Shown: piece after piece, positions 29,968 through 40,700 of the stretch
Position numbering within the stretch: position 1 is the stretch's first letter
Layout of the letters: each line of letters opens with the position of its first letter
Assembly (NCBI GenBank): GCA_963834935.1
Contig: CAWIDS010000001.1
Location: forward strand, 367,642-431,641
Direction of reading: 5' to 3'
From: Candidatus Nomurabacteria bacterium
Lineage (GTDB): Bacteria; Patescibacteriota; Minisyncoccia; Phycocordibacterales; CALRBL01
Length of the DNA stretch: 64,000 bases
Program-made: the position numbers and the translations under genes
The notes under the pieces: generated by a model
Told to the model about the DNA's origin: nothing
The model's input: the letters and a program-made list of their open reading frames with translations, nothing else
Databases searched by the model: none

Positions 29968-30318
29968 ATGACTAAAATAAACACAAAACAAGAACAGCGA
30001 ACAAGACGAAGAAATCGCATCCGAGCGAAGATTTCGGGTACGGCTTCTTCTCCTCGCCTCGCTGTCTTCAAATCTCTCAAACACATGCAGGCTCAGCTCA
30101 TCGATGACGAAAAGGGTGTCACTATCGTGTCTGCTTCATCTCAGGCCCTTAAAGGAAAGACCAAGACAGAAAGCGCAAAGGCTACTGGAATCGAGCTTGC
30201 CAAGAAAGCGATCGAGAAAAAGATAAAGAAGGTCGTTTTTGACCGAGGAGGCTATATTTACACTGGCCGAGTCAAGGCATTAGCAGAGGGAGCGCGCGAA
30301 GGAGGATTAACATTCTAA
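29968..30318 (+). CDS. rplR: 50S ribosomal protein L18
   Basis: PRLAVFKS, FDRGGYIYTGRV. Confidence 0.97.
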   Translation: MTKINTKQEQRTRRRNRIRAKISGTASSPRLAVFKSLKHMQAQLIDDEKGVTIVSASSQALKGKTKTESAKATGIELAKKAIEKKIKKVVFDRGGYIYTGRVKALAEGAREGGLTF

Positions 30319-30322
30319 ATTT

Positions 30323-30943
30323 ATGGAACCAGAAATAATCACAACTGAACAAGAAAATACTCAAGCTCCAGCCGCCGCAGCTTCAGCCGTTCCTGCAGCA
30401 GCTGAGCCTCGACGCCGCAATGAGCGAAATTCTCGCGACGGAGGAAGGGGTGGCGACCGAAAGCCTCGCCGCGAGCCTCGGGCAAAGCCTGAATTCGACC
30501 AGAAAATCATCGATATCCGCCGAGTGACCCGAGTGACCTCAGGTGGACGACGATTCAGCTTCAGCGTGGCTCTTGTTGCTGGCAACCGAAAGGGCAAGGT
30601 GGGGGTTGGAACTGGAAAAGCCGGAGATACTTCTCTTGCTATCGACAAGGCGCTCAAGAATGCCAAGAAGAACATGATTGACGTCGTCTTGAATGACAAG
30701 ATGTCAATTCCTTACGGAGTCGAAGCGAAGTTCTGCAGCTCCCGAGTGGAAATCATTCCCGCTCTCGGAAAGGGAATTTCAGCCGGCAGCTCTGTCCGAG
30801 ACGTCATTGAGCTTGCGGGAATGAAAGATGTCTCTGCCAAGCTCCGCTCTGGCTCAAAGAATAAGCTCAATAATGCCCGTGTGGCAATCAAGGCTCTTTC
30901 GATGCTTCGAAGAAGCGCCCTCGCAGCAAAGCCTCAATCATAA
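30323..30943 (+). CDS. rpsE: 30S ribosomal protein S5
   Basis: RVTRVTSGGRRFSF, GVGTGKA. Confidence 0.97.
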   Translation: MEPEIITTEQENTQAPAAAASAVPAAAEPRRRNERNSRDGGRGGDRKPRREPRAKPEFDQKIIDIRRVTRVTSGGRRFSFSVALVAGNRKGKVGVGTGKAGDTSLAIDKALKNAKKNMIDVVLNDKMSIPYGVEAKFCSSRVEIIPALGKGISAGSSVRDVIELAGMKDVSAKLRSGSKNKLNNARVAIKALSMLRRSALAAKPQS

Positions 30944-30953
30944 CAATACTGCC

Positions 30954-31394
30954 ATGCAAATAAACCAAATCACGCGAGTACATAAGAATAAAAAATCGAT
31001 CAAAGTAGGTCGAGGAGGAAAGCGCGGAAAGACCGCTGGACGAGGAACCAAAGGGCAGCTTGCCCGATCAGGACGAAAATTGCGCCCTGAGCTCCGAGAC
31101 ATCATCAAGAAGCTTCCTAAGCTTCGTGGACGAGGAAAGAATTCTTTCCTTTCTATCCAGGTAAAACCTGTTATCGTCTCCCTTTCTCAAATTGAGACTC
31201 ATTTCTCGAATGGGGACAAAGTCACTCCTCAGGCATTAATGAAGAAAGGCGTCGTCAAGCACTACAAAGGCCGAAACCAGAACATCAAGATCCTCGGAGG
31301 AACTGAACTTTCAAAGAAAGTCATCGTTTCAGGATGCCTTGTGTCGGCTAGCGTCAAGGATGCCATCGTCAAAGCAGGCGGCAGCGTCAAATAA
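30954..31394 (+). CDS. rplO: 50S ribosomal protein L15
   Basis: GRGGKRGKTAGRGTKGQ; ATG at 30954. Confidence 0.95.
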   Translation: MQINQITRVHKNKKSIKVGRGGKRGKTAGRGTKGQLARSGRKLRPELRDIIKKLPKLRGRGKNSFLSIQVKPVIVSLSQIETHFSNGDKVTPQALMKKGVVKHYKGRNQNIKILGGTELSKKVIVSGCLVSASVKDAIVKAGGSVK

Positions 31395-31398
31395 ATCC

Positions 31399-32685
31399 AT
31401 GAATACTTTTTTCGAAAAAATAAACCTCGTCTTCCGTGACCCGGTTTTGAGACGAAGAATACTCTTTACTCTGGGAGCGCTTGTCATCTTCCAGTTCCTG
31501 GCCTCGATTCCTATTCCAGGAGTCGACAAGAACAAGCTGGCCACATTCTTTGCAAACAATCAGTTCCTCGGACTTTTGAATATTTTCTCGGGAGGAGGCC
31601 TTTCGAATCTCTCCATCGTCATGCTCGGAGTCTCTCCTTTCATCACAGGCTCTATCATCATGCAGCTTCTCACTATGATGTCAGAGAAGCTCAAGGACCT
31701 TTACCAGAATGAAGGCGAGGCCGGCAGGAAAAAATTTGCCCAATATGGACGAATTCTTACCGTTCCTCTTGCTCTCATTCAGTCATTCGGCTTCATCATC
31801 CTTCTTGAGAAGCAGGGTATCGTGCCGGCTCTTACTCTTGCTGGACTTTTCACTAACGTCATGATCATCGTTGCTGGTTCCGTCATTCTTCTTTGGATCG
31901 GAGAGCTTATTACTGAATTCGGAATTGGAAACGGCGTATCGCTTATCATTTTTGCCGGTATCGTCGGACGCATTCCAAAGGCAGTCAGCCAGACTGTCTT
32001 TACTTACAGCTCATCTGACATTCCTTTTTATGCCCTTTTCGTAATAGTCGCCCTTGTAATCGTCTACGCAGTGGTTTATGTCACTGAAGCAGAGCGTCCA
32101 GTGGCTGTCACTTATGCCAAGCGCGTTCGCGGCAACAAGGTGTACGGCGGCGTGTCGACCTATCTTCCACTTCGCCTTACCCAGGCTGGCGTTATTCCTA
32201 TCATTTTCGCCCTTTCGCTCCTTCTTTTCCCTCAGCTCATCTTCAACTTCCTCGCCAAGATCTCATTTGCCGGCGCATTCGGGGCTTTTGTCAATAATGC
32301 TTCGACATGGGTCCTCAATGTCTTGAATAACCAGCTCATCTACGCAGTTATCTACTTCCTGCTGGTGGTCTTCTTCACTTATTTCTACACTGCTGTCACT
32401 TTCGACCCGGATTCAATCTCCAAGAATCTCCAGCAGAATGGTGCATTCATCCCTGGAGTCCGCCCAGGCGACGCCACCTCGATGCACCTTACGAAGATCA
32501 TTACCCGCATCACCCTTGTCGGAGCCGTCTTTCTCGGCGTCATCGCCATTCTTCCTCTCATCCTTAAGGCTTACTCAGGAAATTCATCGCTCGCTATCGG
32601 AGGAACGGCCCTTCTCATCGTAGTTTCAGTAGTTCTCGATCTCGTAAAGAAAATCGATGCCCAAATCTCAATGCGTGAGTATTAA
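31399..32685 (+). CDS. secY: Preprotein translocase SecY
   Basis: LGVSPFIT, GIGNGVSLII, IPGVRPG, GGTALLIVV. Confidence 0.97.
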   Translation: MNTFFEKINLVFRDPVLRRRILFTLGALVIFQFLASIPIPGVDKNKLATFFANNQFLGLLNIFSGGGLSNLSIVMLGVSPFITGSIIMQLLTMMSEKLKDLYQNEGEAGRKKFAQYGRILTVPLALIQSFGFIILLEKQGIVPALTLAGLFTNVMIIVAGSVILLWIGELITEFGIGNGVSLIIFAGIVGRIPKAVSQTVFTYSSSDIPFYALFVIVALVIVYAVVYVTEAERPVAVTYAKRVRGNKVYGGVSTYLPLRLTQAGVIPIIFALSLLLFPQLIFNFLAKISFAGAFGAFVNNASTWVLNVLNNQLIYAVIYFLLVVFFTYFYTAVTFDPDSISKNLQQNGAFIPGVRPGDATSMHLTKIITRITLVGAVFLGVIAILPLILKAYSGNSSLAIGGTALLIVVSVVLDLVKKIDAQISMREY

Positions 32686-32739
32686 ACCTTAAGGATTAGG
32701 CTGCGAGCCACCAGAATCCTTTTGTGTTAGACTTACTTT

Positions 32740-33345
32740 ATGGATATCAAAACAATAGTTTTAATGGGGCGGTCGGGTTGTGGAAAGGGAACGCAGTCGA
32801 AACTGATGGAAGAATATATCGGAAAGACTGACGCGGAAGTGCGGTCGCTCTTCTATCTTGAAACCGGTCCGGAATTCAGGCACTTTATCCGCAATGAAGG
32901 GTATTCCAACAGCCTTGCCCTCAAGGTCGCTCAGAATGCCGAGCGCCAGCCGGACTTCCTCGCTATCTGGGTCTGGGCGAACGTGCTTGTCGATCATCTT
33001 AAGGAGAACATGCATCTGCTTGTCGACGGCACCCCGCGCTCATTGCCGGAAGCACAAGCCCTTCACACCGCCATGCTTTTTTACGGCAGGCCGAAGCCAC
33101 TGATCGTTTATCTCAATGTCAGCCGCGCATGGTCTGAAAAGCATTTGAAAGCGCGCGGCAGGGAAGACGACCGCAAGGACGAAGATATCAAGCGCCGCCT
33201 GGACTGGTTCGAGTCCGATGTTCTTCCTGCTATTGATTATTTCCGCAATAATCCCTATTATCATTTCGTCGAGATAAATGGCGAGCAGGCCGTAGACGGC
33301 GTCCATCGCGACATACTTACTCTCTGTGGTTTTACCCAAGACTGA
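32740..33345 (+). CDS. adk: Adenylate kinase-like nucleoside monophosphate kinase (short lid)
   Basis: GRSGCGKGTQ P-loop, DGTPR, GREDD; follows secY. Confidence 0.85.
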   Translation: MDIKTIVLMGRSGCGKGTQSKLMEEYIGKTDAEVRSLFYLETGPEFRHFIRNEGYSNSLALKVAQNAERQPDFLAIWVWANVLVDHLKENMHLLVDGTPRSLPEAQALHTAMLFYGRPKPLIVYLNVSRAWSEKHLKARGREDDRKDEDIKRRLDWFESDVLPAIDYFRNNPYYHFVEINGEQAVDGVHRDILTLCGFTQD

Positions 33346-34096
33346 AAAAGAAATAGAGCTCATGAGACAAGGAGGCAAGATCCTTGCCTCTATTTTGCGC
33401 GAGATAAAAGGAAAAGTTGAAATCGGAGTTACGACGGATTTTCTGAATGATGAAGCAAACAGGCTGTGCGGGAAGCACAAAGTCATACCCAGCTTCTTGA
33501 ACTACACTCCATACGGGGCAGAGCGGCCATACCCCTCGAGCATCTGCATTTCAGTCAATGACGAAGTCGTCCATGGCATGCCGAATGAGAATCCGAAGAT
33601 CCTCAAGGAAGGGGATATCATTACTCTCGATATGGGCATTACCTACAAAGGATTAGTGGTTGATAGCGCAATCACTGTCGGTGTCGGAAAGATAGACGCC
33701 GAGGCAGAGAAGCTTCTCAAAGGCACGGAAGAATCCCTGGCAGCTGGAATCGCGGCAGCCAAGATCGGCAAGAAGACGGGAGATATCGGCGCCGCAATCG
33801 AAAAGGTGATTAATAAATACGGCTTCGGAATTCCCGAAGAGCTTGGCGGCCACGGCGTTGGTCATTCAGTGCACGAGGATCCTTTCGTTCCCAATTTCGG
33901 CAAGCCTCGCCAAGGAGCGGCAATCAAGAACGGCATGACCTTCGCCATCGAGCCGATCATCAACGAAGGCACGAAAAGGATCGTCCTTGCCCCCGACGGC
34001 TACACCTACCGGACCGCTGACGGAAAGCGGAGCGCCCATTTTGAGCATACGGTCGCGATCGTTGATGGAGTTGCTGAAATCTTGACTCAGGAATAA
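33326..34096 (+). CDS. map: Methionine aminopeptidase type I
   Basis: CISVNDEVVHG, GHGVG, HEDP, SAHFEHT. Confidence 0.97.
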   Translation: MVLPKTEKEIELMRQGGKILASILREIKGKVEIGVTTDFLNDEANRLCGKHKVIPSFLNYTPYGAERPYPSSICISVNDEVVHGMPNENPKILKEGDIITLDMGITYKGLVVDSAITVGVGKIDAEAEKLLKGTEESLAAGIAAAKIGKKTGDIGAAIEKVINKYGFGIPEELGGHGVGHSVHEDPFVPNFGKPRQGAAIKNGMTFAIEPIINEGTKRIVLAPDGYTYRTADGKRSAHFEHTVAIVDGVAEILTQE

Positions 34097-34119
34097 TTTT
34101 TTTAGGGTATAATGTTCTC

Positions 34120-36906
34120 ATGGAACTTTTTTCTTCGCCCCAAGAAGAGATCGAACATTTGAAGCAAGAGATCCTTCACAAGGAAGAGCTTTTGAAGCAG
34201 GCAGGCGAAAAGCCTGATCGTGATGCCGCGGTCTTCAATCAGATAGAGGAGTACAAGAAGCTTCCGCAGGCCGAAATCCTCGCCAAGGGCCATCGCATGA
34301 TCGAGCCGCATATCAAGAAGGCAGCACTCGACCTTTTTCCCGAAGAGCATGACGCTCAGATGGGCGAATTAATGGCGTTGCTCGAGGGGAAAGGGGTGCT
34401 CAATACGCTCGCGGTCGTCGAGGCCATGAAGAATCCGCATATAGAAGACGATTTTCACCGTTATCTCGTCGAGTACATCAAGAGCAATCTTCCGGCTTTG
34501 AACCTCAAGGAAAAGACTCCGCTTTATCGGTCTCTCAACCACACCCTTTTTGAAGTCTCTCTTCCCGAAGCCAAGAAAGACGAAAAAGAAAAGAATCTCA
34601 AGGAGCTCATTTCAAGCATGGAACAGTTCTACGCGGGAATGCTTTCAGTGGCTGACAGCAGCGACAAGGAAAATTATTTTTCGATTGAGCTGGCCCTCTC
34701 CCATGATAGCGACGAGTTCATCTTTTACGTCTCTGTTCCCGACAAGAAAAAAAGCCTCTTTGAGAAGAATATCCTCTCGGTCTTTCCGCATGCGAAGCTG
34801 GTCATAAAGAAGGACGATTATAACATCTTCAATCCGGATGGAGCGGTGGTTGCGTCGGTCGCCACGCAGGCCAAGAATGCCATTTACCCCATCAAGACCT
34901 ACGAGAATTTCGATTATGATCCGCTCAATGTCATCATAAATGCCTTTTCCAAGCTGAAGAAAGGAGGCGAAGGCGCATCACTGCAGCTTATCCTCAATCC
35001 TGCCGGTGATTACTACGTCAAGCGCTACAAGGATGCCCTCGGTCAGATTCTGAAGGGAGTGCCAGTGAAGAAAGCTATCGATATACGTCACACATTCATG
35101 GGGGAAATCGGAAAAGGCTTCAAGGAAATGGCTTTGGATATGGTCAACGATGCCGTCTCTTCAAGCAAGAAGGAGAACGACAAGCCGAAGCCACTCGATG
35201 AGACTGCAGTCGAAAACATAAAGAATAAGATCAGCACGCCGATCATGAATGCCAATATGAGGATAGTGGTATCAGCCGAGAATGCCGAGCGGGCATCGGA
35301 AGTGATATCAGAAATCGAGTCGTCCTTCAATCAGTTCGAGAATACGCTTGGCAATACGTTCAAGTGGCAGCGTATTCCGGAAAAAAAATTACCTCAATTC
35401 GTTCGCGATTTCACTTTTAGGATGTTCGAGCATGGCGAGCAGCTTCCTTTGAGTATTGCCGAAATCACCACCTTCATGCATTTTCCCGGAGCAGGCATCC
35501 TAGGCGGAGGCCAGCTCAAACAGGCTAAGGCCGGTACTGCTCCCGCACCACTTGATATTCCTCAGACTGGGGTCTACCTCGGAATAAACAGCCACCGCAA
35601 CCATGATGTTTCTGTTTACATGTCTCCCGAAGACCGCTTGCGTCATTTTTATGTTATAGGCCAGACCGGAACGGGAAAGACGACTCTTCTTAAGAATATG
35701 ATCGTCCAGGATATTGAGAACGGGGAAGGAGTCTGCTTCATTGATCCTCATGGATCGGACGTGCAAGATATCCTTGCTCGCGTGCCGAAGGAGCGTTACG
35801 GGGACGTTATCTATTTCGACCCGAGCTACCATGACCGTCCGATGGGCATGAATATGCTCGAATACGATCCTGCCTATCCTGAGCAAAAGACCTTCGTGGT
35901 CAATGAGCTCTTTTCTATTTTTGACAAGCTTTTCGATATGAAGACTACCGGAGGACCGATGTTCGAGCAATATTTCAGGAATGCCACCATGCTCGTGCTC
36001 GAGGATCCTGAAAGCGGCAACACACTAGTAGATGTTTCTCGCGTGCTTTCGAACAAAGCCTTTCGCGACCTGAAGATTTCCCGCTGCAAGAACCCGATTG
36101 TCACCCAGTTCTGGACGGAGATAGCCGCCAAAGCCGGCGGGGAATCGTCGCTTGCCAATATCGTGCCGTACATTACCAGCAAATTTGATGTGTTCCTGTC
36201 GAACGACATCATGCGCCCGCTCATTGCCCAGGAAAAATCCTCTTTCAATTTCCGGGAAGTGATGGATAAGAAGAAGATCCTACTTGTAAACCTCTCGAAG
36301 GGCAGGCTTGGCGACATCAATGCCAATCTTATCGGCCTCATTCTGGTCGGAAAGATCCTGATGGCAGCCCTTTCGCGCGTTGATTCGCTTGCCACAGGTT
36401 TTGCGCCTTTCTACTTGTACATCGACGAGTTTCAGAACATCACCACTAATTCCATCTCGACTATCCTTTCCGAGGCCCGCAAGTACAAGCTGTCGCTCCA
36501 TATCGCCCACCAGTTCATTGCCCAGCTCAAGGACGATATCCGCGATGCAGTCTTTGGCAACGTCGGCTCAATCGTCTCATATCGCGTGGGAGCAGAAGAT
36601 GCCGAGTATCTGGAGAAGCAATTCACGCCGGTATTCGCAGCCAATGACATCATGAATCTAGATAATCTTAATGCCTATGCCAAGCTTCTAATAAATGGCC
36701 GGCCGGCGCGTCCGTTCAATATCGCAGTGCCTTTCCCAAACAAGGTAGATACTTCACACCTCGAATCGCTTAAGCAGCTTTCATACCTTAAATACGGCAC
36801 CGACCGGGCAACAATCGAGGAAATCATCCTGCAAAAATACAAAAAAGAAGAACCCGTGCCCAAACCCGCTCCCGCAGCCAACCCATTCGATAGTTTGAAG
36901 GTCTGA
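34120..36906 (+). CDS. VirD4/TraG/HerA-like P-loop ATPase
   Basis: DRLRHFYVIGQTGTGKT, IDPHG, YIDEFQN, EARKY, GNVG. Confidence 0.85.
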   Translation: MELFSSPQEEIEHLKQEILHKEELLKQAGEKPDRDAAVFNQIEEYKKLPQAEILAKGHRMIEPHIKKAALDLFPEEHDAQMGELMALLEGKGVLNTLAVVEAMKNPHIEDDFHRYLVEYIKSNLPALNLKEKTPLYRSLNHTLFEVSLPEAKKDEKEKNLKELISSMEQFYAGMLSVADSSDKENYFSIELALSHDSDEFIFYVSVPDKKKSLFEKNILSVFPHAKLVIKKDDYNIFNPDGAVVASVATQAKNAIYPIKTYENFDYDPLNVIINAFSKLKKGGEGASLQLILNPAGDYYVKRYKDALGQILKGVPVKKAIDIRHTFMGEIGKGFKEMALDMVNDAVSSSKKENDKPKPLDETAVENIKNKISTPIMNANMRIVVSAENAERASEVISEIESSFNQFENTLGNTFKWQRIPEKKLPQFVRDFTFRMFEHGEQLPLSIAEITTFMHFPGAGILGGGQLKQAKAGTAPAPLDIPQTGVYLGINSHRNHDVSVYMSPEDRLRHFYVIGQTGTGKTTLLKNMIVQDIENGEGVCFIDPHGSDVQDILARVPKERYGDVIYFDPSYHDRPMGMNMLEYDPAYPEQKTFVVNELFSIFDKLFDMKTTGGPMFEQYFRNATMLVLEDPESGNTLVDVSRVLSNKAFRDLKISRCKNPIVTQFWTEIAAKAGGESSLANIVPYITSKFDVFLSNDIMRPLIAQEKSSFNFREVMDKKKILLVNLSKGRLGDINANLIGLILVGKILMAALSRVDSLATGFAPFYLYIDEFQNITTNSISTILSEARKYKLSLHIAHQFIAQLKDDIRDAVFGNVGSIVSYRVGAEDAEYLEKQFTPVFAANDIMNLDNLNAYAKLLINGRPARPFNIAVPFPNKVDTSHLESLKQLSYLKYGTDRATIEEIILQKYKKEEPVPKPAPAANPFDSLKV

Positions 36907-36926
36907 AAATGTGCTAGAATCGACTG

Positions 36927-37514
36927 ATGACACATCCAAAATACGAAAGGACATTAGTGGTGCTGAAGCCTGACGCCTTGCAGCGAGGTTTGATAGGGGA
37001 AATCATTGGCCGCTTCGAAAGGGTAGGAATGAAGCTTGTCGGTATCAAGATGTTCACCCCCACTCAGGAATTTGTCGAGAAGCACTATACTTTGGACTCT
37101 GCCTGGAAAAAAAGCGTCGGTGAGAAGAATATAAAAGGTTATTTAGACAAAGGGCTCACTCCGCCAACGGCCGATCCTCTTGAAGCAGGACAGGAAATAC
37201 TCACTCGGCTTACGAATTATCTCGCCAGCGGGCCGATTGTGGCCATGGTCTGGCAGGGAGCGCACGCCGTCGGCCTGACACGCAAGCTCGTCGGTAGTAC
37301 CGAGCCTCTTTCATCAGATGTCGGAACCATCCGTGGCGACTTCGTTCATGATTCATATGTCCTTTCGGCTGATGATAAGCGTGCTGTGCGCAATCTCATC
37401 CACGCATCCGGCTCGATACCAGAAGCGGATATGGAAATTCCTCATTGGTTCTTGGAAAATGAGCTTGTGGACTACGTCTTAGTGCAGGAAAAAGTTCTGT
37501 ACGATGCAAATTAA
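36927..37514 (+). CDS. ndk: Nucleoside diphosphate kinase
   Basis: ERTLVVLKPD, GTIRGDF, RNLIHAS. Confidence 0.95.
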   Translation: MTHPKYERTLVVLKPDALQRGLIGEIIGRFERVGMKLVGIKMFTPTQEFVEKHYTLDSAWKKSVGEKNIKGYLDKGLTPPTADPLEAGQEILTRLTNYLASGPIVAMVWQGAHAVGLTRKLVGSTEPLSSDVGTIRGDFVHDSYVLSADDKRAVRNLIHASGSIPEADMEIPHWFLENELVDYVLVQEKVLYDAN

Positions 37515-37558
37515 AATTTGTAAACTTGTTTTTACATTGGAAAGTATATAATGAGTTC

Positions 37559-37684
37559 AGGATTACTTGAGGTATTAACTTAGATTAAGTTTAGTTAAGG
37601 GAGCTCGCCGTACGGAAACGCCTTGGCGTCATGTCAGAGCACCCACCTAGTAATCAACTAGGGCTAATACCCCTAGGTAATCCT
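37559..37684 (+). ncRNA. ssrS: 6S RNA (compact)
   Basis: AGGATTAC.../...GTAATCCT closing stem; GGGAGC...GGCGTCATG...GCACCCACCT as in Firmicutes-type 6S; TATAAT at 37547; terminator 37687-37716. Confidence 0.8.
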
Positions 37685-37787
37685 AAAAAGCACCGCATTG
37701 CTGCGGCGTTTTTTTGTTTTCAGCTTTTATTTTAATAGATGGGGGTAACTCCATTGTGCCGTCCCCCCTCTCATGTAGAATTAAGAG

Positions 37788-39295
37788 ATGAAAAAACAAT
37801 AGGCCTTCTCTTGGCATTATCATTGATCGTACCCACGTTAGCGTCGGCTAGCATAGGCAGCACAGTCAGTTCGTTTTTCGATTCGATTTTTCAGCTTCTC
37901 GACCTTTCTAATCAGACTGCTCAAGTAGCTCCCGCCGTCACTACTACCACGACTGCGGTCGCTTGTACCGATTTCAGCCGTACACTCGAATATGGCCAGG
38001 AAAGCTGGATAAATTTTGCGTATGGCTATGCTAGCTACGCAAGCAGCCATATCAGTAATGACCAGCAGCAGGCTGTCGACGTAAGCAATCTTGCTACGGC
38101 AGTCAAGAATGACACTGCCAAGCTGCAGAATATTCTCACCACTAGCGAAGGCGCTTCCATAAACGATGCTAAAGGCGTCTATGGAATAGATACCGTCAAG
38201 GCAGTCTTTGCTTTCCAGAACAAATACAATATTCCTGGCGCAGTGCCGGGAGTTTTCGACGCTCCTACTTTTGCTGAAGCTAACCAGCTTTATGGCTGCT
38301 TGAACAGGGCTTCAGTGACTCTCGTATCTCCAAACGGCAAATTCAAAGTGTTTCCCGATCAGAGCATCAGCATAAAATACTCCCTTGCAAAGATCCCTAA
38401 TACTACCAACCTTACGATCAGCTACTTGACCGCCCCATCATCTGTCGATACGACTGTCGTTGGAAATGTCATAGCAGTTGTGACATCAGTCAAAAACGGT
38501 AACGGGACATATACATGGCAAGTTCCTACAGGACTTGCGCCAGGAGAATACAAGCTAAGGCTCGTCCTCACCGGTAGTACCAAGAGTGACGTGAGTGATA
38601 ATGCTTTTACGGTGACTTCTCAAGTGCCTGATCTTTCAGTTTCTTTTCCGGATTCAGGTACAGTTCTCACCACTGGGCAGGTTTATGACATAAAATGGAA
38701 GTCGCTTACGGGAGCGAATGACACTTACACCATATCTCTTACTGGTCCGGGCGTAAGCAATATCACTCTCGGGACGGTAAATGCTTTGGCTGGCGATTTC
38801 AAGTGGCAAGTTCCGACGACTATCACCCCTTCAGACGGCTTCGGGCTGCTCTTCAATAATTCTACCAACCCTTCATCCCTCCAGTCAGCCTCAAAATCTT
38901 TCTCTATCGAGGCACCGAGCACGTCAGCTCTTAATTTCCTCATCCATTCAAAATTCCTAGGGGAAGAGAAGCAGAATAATTCGGTCACTACAGAAGACAG
39001 CTCCCTTTCAATTGATTCCATTACTGGATCTTCAGCAGGAAAGATCGATCATTGGAGCATGACTTTGATGTGTCCGACGAATTTGAGCCTCTATACGTCG
39101 AACGGCACCGCAAAAACGGCTTGCGATGGTAGGACTCCATTGAACATATCGAATATCAATGCTATTCCTGAGATACGAGTGATACGAAACGATGGTATAA
39201 GCGGAGGATCCATTCAGCTAGAGATAAAAGCATATGACAAATCGGGGAATGTCCTTGGTGATAAGACGTACTCATTAGCAGTAGCTTTTGGATAA
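37788..39295 (+). CDS. Secreted Ser/Thr-rich surface protein with PG-binding-like and Ig-like modules; 1-bp frameshift in A-run at codons 2-4
   Basis: TAGAAT-N6-ATG AAAAAA; adding one A gives signal peptide MKKTIGLLLALSLIVPTLASA; repeated Y/F-x-WQVPT modules. Confidence 0.65.
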
Positions 39296-39320
39296 AAAGA
39301 AAATCAGTTATAATCAGCTG

Positions 39321-40688
39321 ATGTCCAAACAACTTAAGCTGACTTTTTGCGGCGGATCGGGATCGGTGACCGGAGCGGATTTTCTTCTAGAGAATGAGAA
39401 CGTGAAGATACTCGTCGATTGCGGAATGGAACAAGGTACGAAAGTAGCGGATCAGTTCAATCACGCGCCTTTTCCGTACGATCCTGCCGAGATAGACATC
39501 CTGCTCGTCACTCATGGCCATATCGATCATGTCGGAAAGATTCCGAAGCTTGTGAAGGACGGCTTCAAAGGAATCATTTATTCCACGCCCGAAACCAAAG
39601 ACATCTCGGCCCTGATGCTCGAAGATAGCGTCAAGATTCTCGGTCAGGAAGCAGTCCGCAATGGCGTGCTGCCTCTTTATGAGGAAAAAGATGTTCAAAA
39701 AGCTTTTTCTTTCTGGAAGACTATCCCTTATCATCAGAAGACCGCCATCTTCCCTGAATTCGAAGTGTATATAAAAGACGCTGGTCATGTCCTTGGCTCG
39801 TCGATGTATGAAATACTGTACAACGGCAAAAAAATAGTTTTCACAGGTGACTTAGGAAACTCACCCACGCCGCTTCTCCGCGATACCGAAGATATTACTG
39901 ACGCTGATTACCTGATCATGGAAAGCGTCTATGGAGATCGCAATCATGAAGAGAAGGAACAAAGGAAAGCCAAGCTCGAAGATGTCATCGAAGATACCGT
40001 GAAAAGGAAAGGGGTACTGATGATTCCGTCATTTTCACTCGAGAAGACGCAAGTGATCCTCTACGAGATCAATGACCTCATCGAGGAAGGCCGCGTGCTG
40101 TCACTTCCGGTGTACATCGACTCGCCTTTGGCTATAAAGATCACCGAAATCTACAAGCGCTATCCCCAGGATTTCAATCCTGCCACACAGAAGCTCATCA
40201 AAGGAGGCGATGACATCTTCAATTTCCCTAAACTTCATTTCACCTCGACTTCCGACGAATCGAAAGCAATCAAGATGACTCCCGACCCAAAGATAATCAT
40301 CGCCGGTTCCGGAATGTCCAATGGTGGCCGCATCACACATCATGAATTGAATTATCTTCCTGATCCGAGAAACACTCTTCTTCTTGTAGGCTATCAGGCG
40401 GTCAATACTCTCGGCCGTCAAATCAGGGAAGGAGCGAAATCAGTCACTCTTTTCGGCCAGAACGTGCCTGTCCGCGCCCGCGTCGAGCATATCGACGGCT
40501 ATTCTTCTCACAAGGACTCCGAGCATCTAGTGGAATTCGCTGCAAAGACGGCAGATACGGTGAAGAAGGTCTTCGTGGTCATGGGAGAGCCGAAATCATC
40601 CCTTTTCCTCGTACAGCGTCTCCGTGATTATTACGGGATTGAAGCATACAATCCGATGCAAGGAGACAGCGTCATCTTAGAATGCTAA
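39321..40688 (+). CDS. Metallo-beta-lactamase/beta-CASP RNA-processing nuclease
   Basis: THGHIDHVG, DAGHVLGS, ESVYGDR, YSSHKD. Confidence 0.9.
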   Translation: MSKQLKLTFCGGSGSVTGADFLLENENVKILVDCGMEQGTKVADQFNHAPFPYDPAEIDILLVTHGHIDHVGKIPKLVKDGFKGIIYSTPETKDISALMLEDSVKILGQEAVRNGVLPLYEEKDVQKAFSFWKTIPYHQKTAIFPEFEVYIKDAGHVLGSSMYEILYNGKKIVFTGDLGNSPTPLLRDTEDITDADYLIMESVYGDRNHEEKEQRKAKLEDVIEDTVKRKGVLMIPSFSLEKTQVILYEINDLIEEGRVLSLPVYIDSPLAIKITEIYKRYPQDFNPATQKLIKGGDDIFNFPKLHFTSTSDESKAIKMTPDPKIIIAGSGMSNGGRITHHELNYLPDPRNTLLLVGYQAVNTLGRQIREGAKSVTLFGQNVPVRARVEHIDGYSSHKDSEHLVEFAAKTADTVKKVFVVMGEPKSSLFLVQRLRDYYGIEAYNPMQGDSVILEC

Positions 40689-40700
40689 TATATATAGAAT

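Noticed and set aside
37739-37787. Track start MGVTPLC... for the surface protein
   Set aside because: A -10 element plus ATG at 37788 and a restored signal peptide indicate a frameshifted true start
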